A DNA stretch of 64,000 bases from NCBI GenBank assembly GCA_030390025.1, contig CM059432.1:38194001-38258000 (forward strand), written 5' to 3'. Both the position numbers and the translations under genes were made by a program. The notes beneath the pieces are model-generated. The model did not search any database and was not told the DNA's origin. It saw only the letters and a list, made by a program, of their open reading frames with translations. The stretch's first letter is position 1, and every line of letters begins with the position of its first letter. This document shows, one piece after another, positions 62,231-64,000 of this stretch. The stretch is from Squalus acanthias. Lineage: Eukaryota.

Positions 62231-64000
62231 GTGCTAGAAATTTGGTATCGCCCTGGTTGGGGCGCTAAATTTTAAAAAGTTGTAGAATTAGCGCCAGGCG
62301 CAAATCCTTCTGACCTCCCGCTAAATTGATTGTTAGCGCTCCGAGAGAGAACTGGAGCGCTAAATCGAGCACTAATCACCTAACTTAGGGTAATACACAC
62401 AGAGCGGGGCGCTACCCACAGAGCGATAACCAGTTTCAGGTGCAGTCCAATCGGACTCATCATTCACACTGGCTCCTTCCAGTTCTTAAAGGGGAGGTTG
62501 AAGATTCAGCACAACCTCATTCTCAACATTGCTGGCTCTGAAGGCGACCTCCAAGCAACTCAACAGCTACACCTCTTATCCTCATGGCTGATCCCAGTCC
62601 CAGGGAGAGAGCTCGTCATTTCAGCAACCAGGCATTGGAGGCAATGGTCGTAGCGATCGAAAGAAGGAGGGCAGTGCTGTTCCCGGCCACTGACAGGAAG
62701 CCATTGCCCCAGGTCTTCAGGACAATGTGGAGGGAAGTGGCCCAGGACATCTCGGCCAGCAGTGTGGTCCTCAGGACCCTCACACAGTGCCATAAAAAAT
62801 TCAACGACCTCACTCGGGTGGTCAGGGTGAGTCCATGCTTCAACAAGTCCTACATACCAGCATCTGAACCTCAGTCTGTACACACTGCACAAACCACCAC
62901 ACCCCCATCACTCACCCACCAAGCATCTCCACCTACTCAAACTCACATCCACATCTCACGCCTTGCCTACAATCACAGCTATTCAACTATGGCAGGCACA
63001 TCTCCCAAACACATAGCTGCACGCTCACTCACACACTTTCCTTTCTCTTGCAGGCCAAACTGGGCCACAATAGGAGGGAGCAGCAATGAACAGGCGGGGG
63101 TGAAGTGGACATCCAACAGCTTACAGACCTGGAGGAGTGAGTGCTGAGAGTCATTTGGTGCCAGGTGGTGGGCACCGTGGCCGTCGGCGACGTTGACCCC
63201 TTTGGGGACAACAATGGTATGTCCACCCCCCCTCTTTTTCTCATCCCACACATCACCAGCCTTTCTCACTTTCCAGCTCATTATAATGTCTACATTCCTT
63301 GCTCCCTTCCTGCCCCCCTGCCCTCACCTTAACATGAGTCTTGTGCCTTTATGCTTTCAGGTAATCAGCATCCAGCTGACCAACCTGTCCCTGAGCCTCC
63401 CAGTGAGAGTGAGGCGGGAGAAGAGGAGGAGGAAGAAAGCACCGCGTCACTGCATGTTACACCCGCAGGCGCCACCTCAGATACTGGGACTACGTGATCT
63501 TTAGAGGCAGGTTTAGTAGAGGGGTCTGCACTGGGTGATGCACCGGGGACGAGTGGGCTGCAGCAAGGCCAGGGGGAAAGGGTAGCTCGGGAGACAGATC
63601 CCCAGAGGGCTAGGTCGCACGCGAGTTCTGCTGCAGAGGACTCAGATGAGGACCTCGATGGGGAGGCGTTCACAAGAAGGGTGATGGCCATGCACACCGA
63701 GATGATAGGTGCAATGGCAAGGGTGCCCGGGAGTCTGTCGGAAATGGTAAGGAGCGTGAAGGAGTCCACCTTCAACATTGCTCAGAGCTCTGCGCACGCC
63801 ATGGAGCCCATCCTTGGCAGTCTGCCAAGGATGGTGGACTCCCAGAGAGACCGTGGGGACCCAGACCTCATGTCGCGTGTCCTGGGCGATGTGACAGCAT
63901 CCATTGCAGCACAGGCAGAAGGTAGGCAACGTCTTAGAACTGCAATGCAGTCTATGCTTGGTGCCATCGATTCTCAGACTGCTCTCATGCAGTCTCAGCT
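62231..64000 (+). mobile_element. Harbinger transposon left part with Myb/SANT-like pseudogene (exons 62584-62826, 63054-63216, 63361->64000)
   Basis: RERARHFSNQALEAMV, QCHKKFNDLTRVVR; same intron positions as the 9823 copy; TIR-like GTGCTAGAAATTTGGTATCG. Confidence 0.85.

Overview
This is eukaryotic (vertebrate) DNA, almost wholly made of nested transposable elements and endogenous retroviruses; I can support no host gene. A cartilaginous-fish origin is inferred from the mix of DeuSINE, CR1/L2/RTE LINEs, Harbinger and Penelope-like elements. Main contents: (1) An internally deleted endogenous foamy-virus (spuma-like) element at <1-5919, with ~1.25-kb LTRs, a tRNA-Lys PBS and RNase H plus integrase remnants. 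Two further LTRs of the family are present, and one has an unusual PBS plus inverted-U3 end. (2) A near-intact 12.9-kb minus-strand provirus at 36077-48982 resembling lokiretroviruses: gag, UGA-CUAG readthrough, PR-RT-tether-RNaseH-IN, and a class I fusion (F-like) env carrying an extra Ig-like domain. It is nested in a related solo LTR, with a third solo LTR at 59981-61646. (3) A full-length Harbinger transposon, partial copies and MITE derivatives. (4) Two TSD-flanked fold-back Penelope-like inserts with hammerhead ribozyme cores. (5) A 15-bp minisatellite split by a CR1 LINE. All family assignments come from motif recognition by eye, not database searches.
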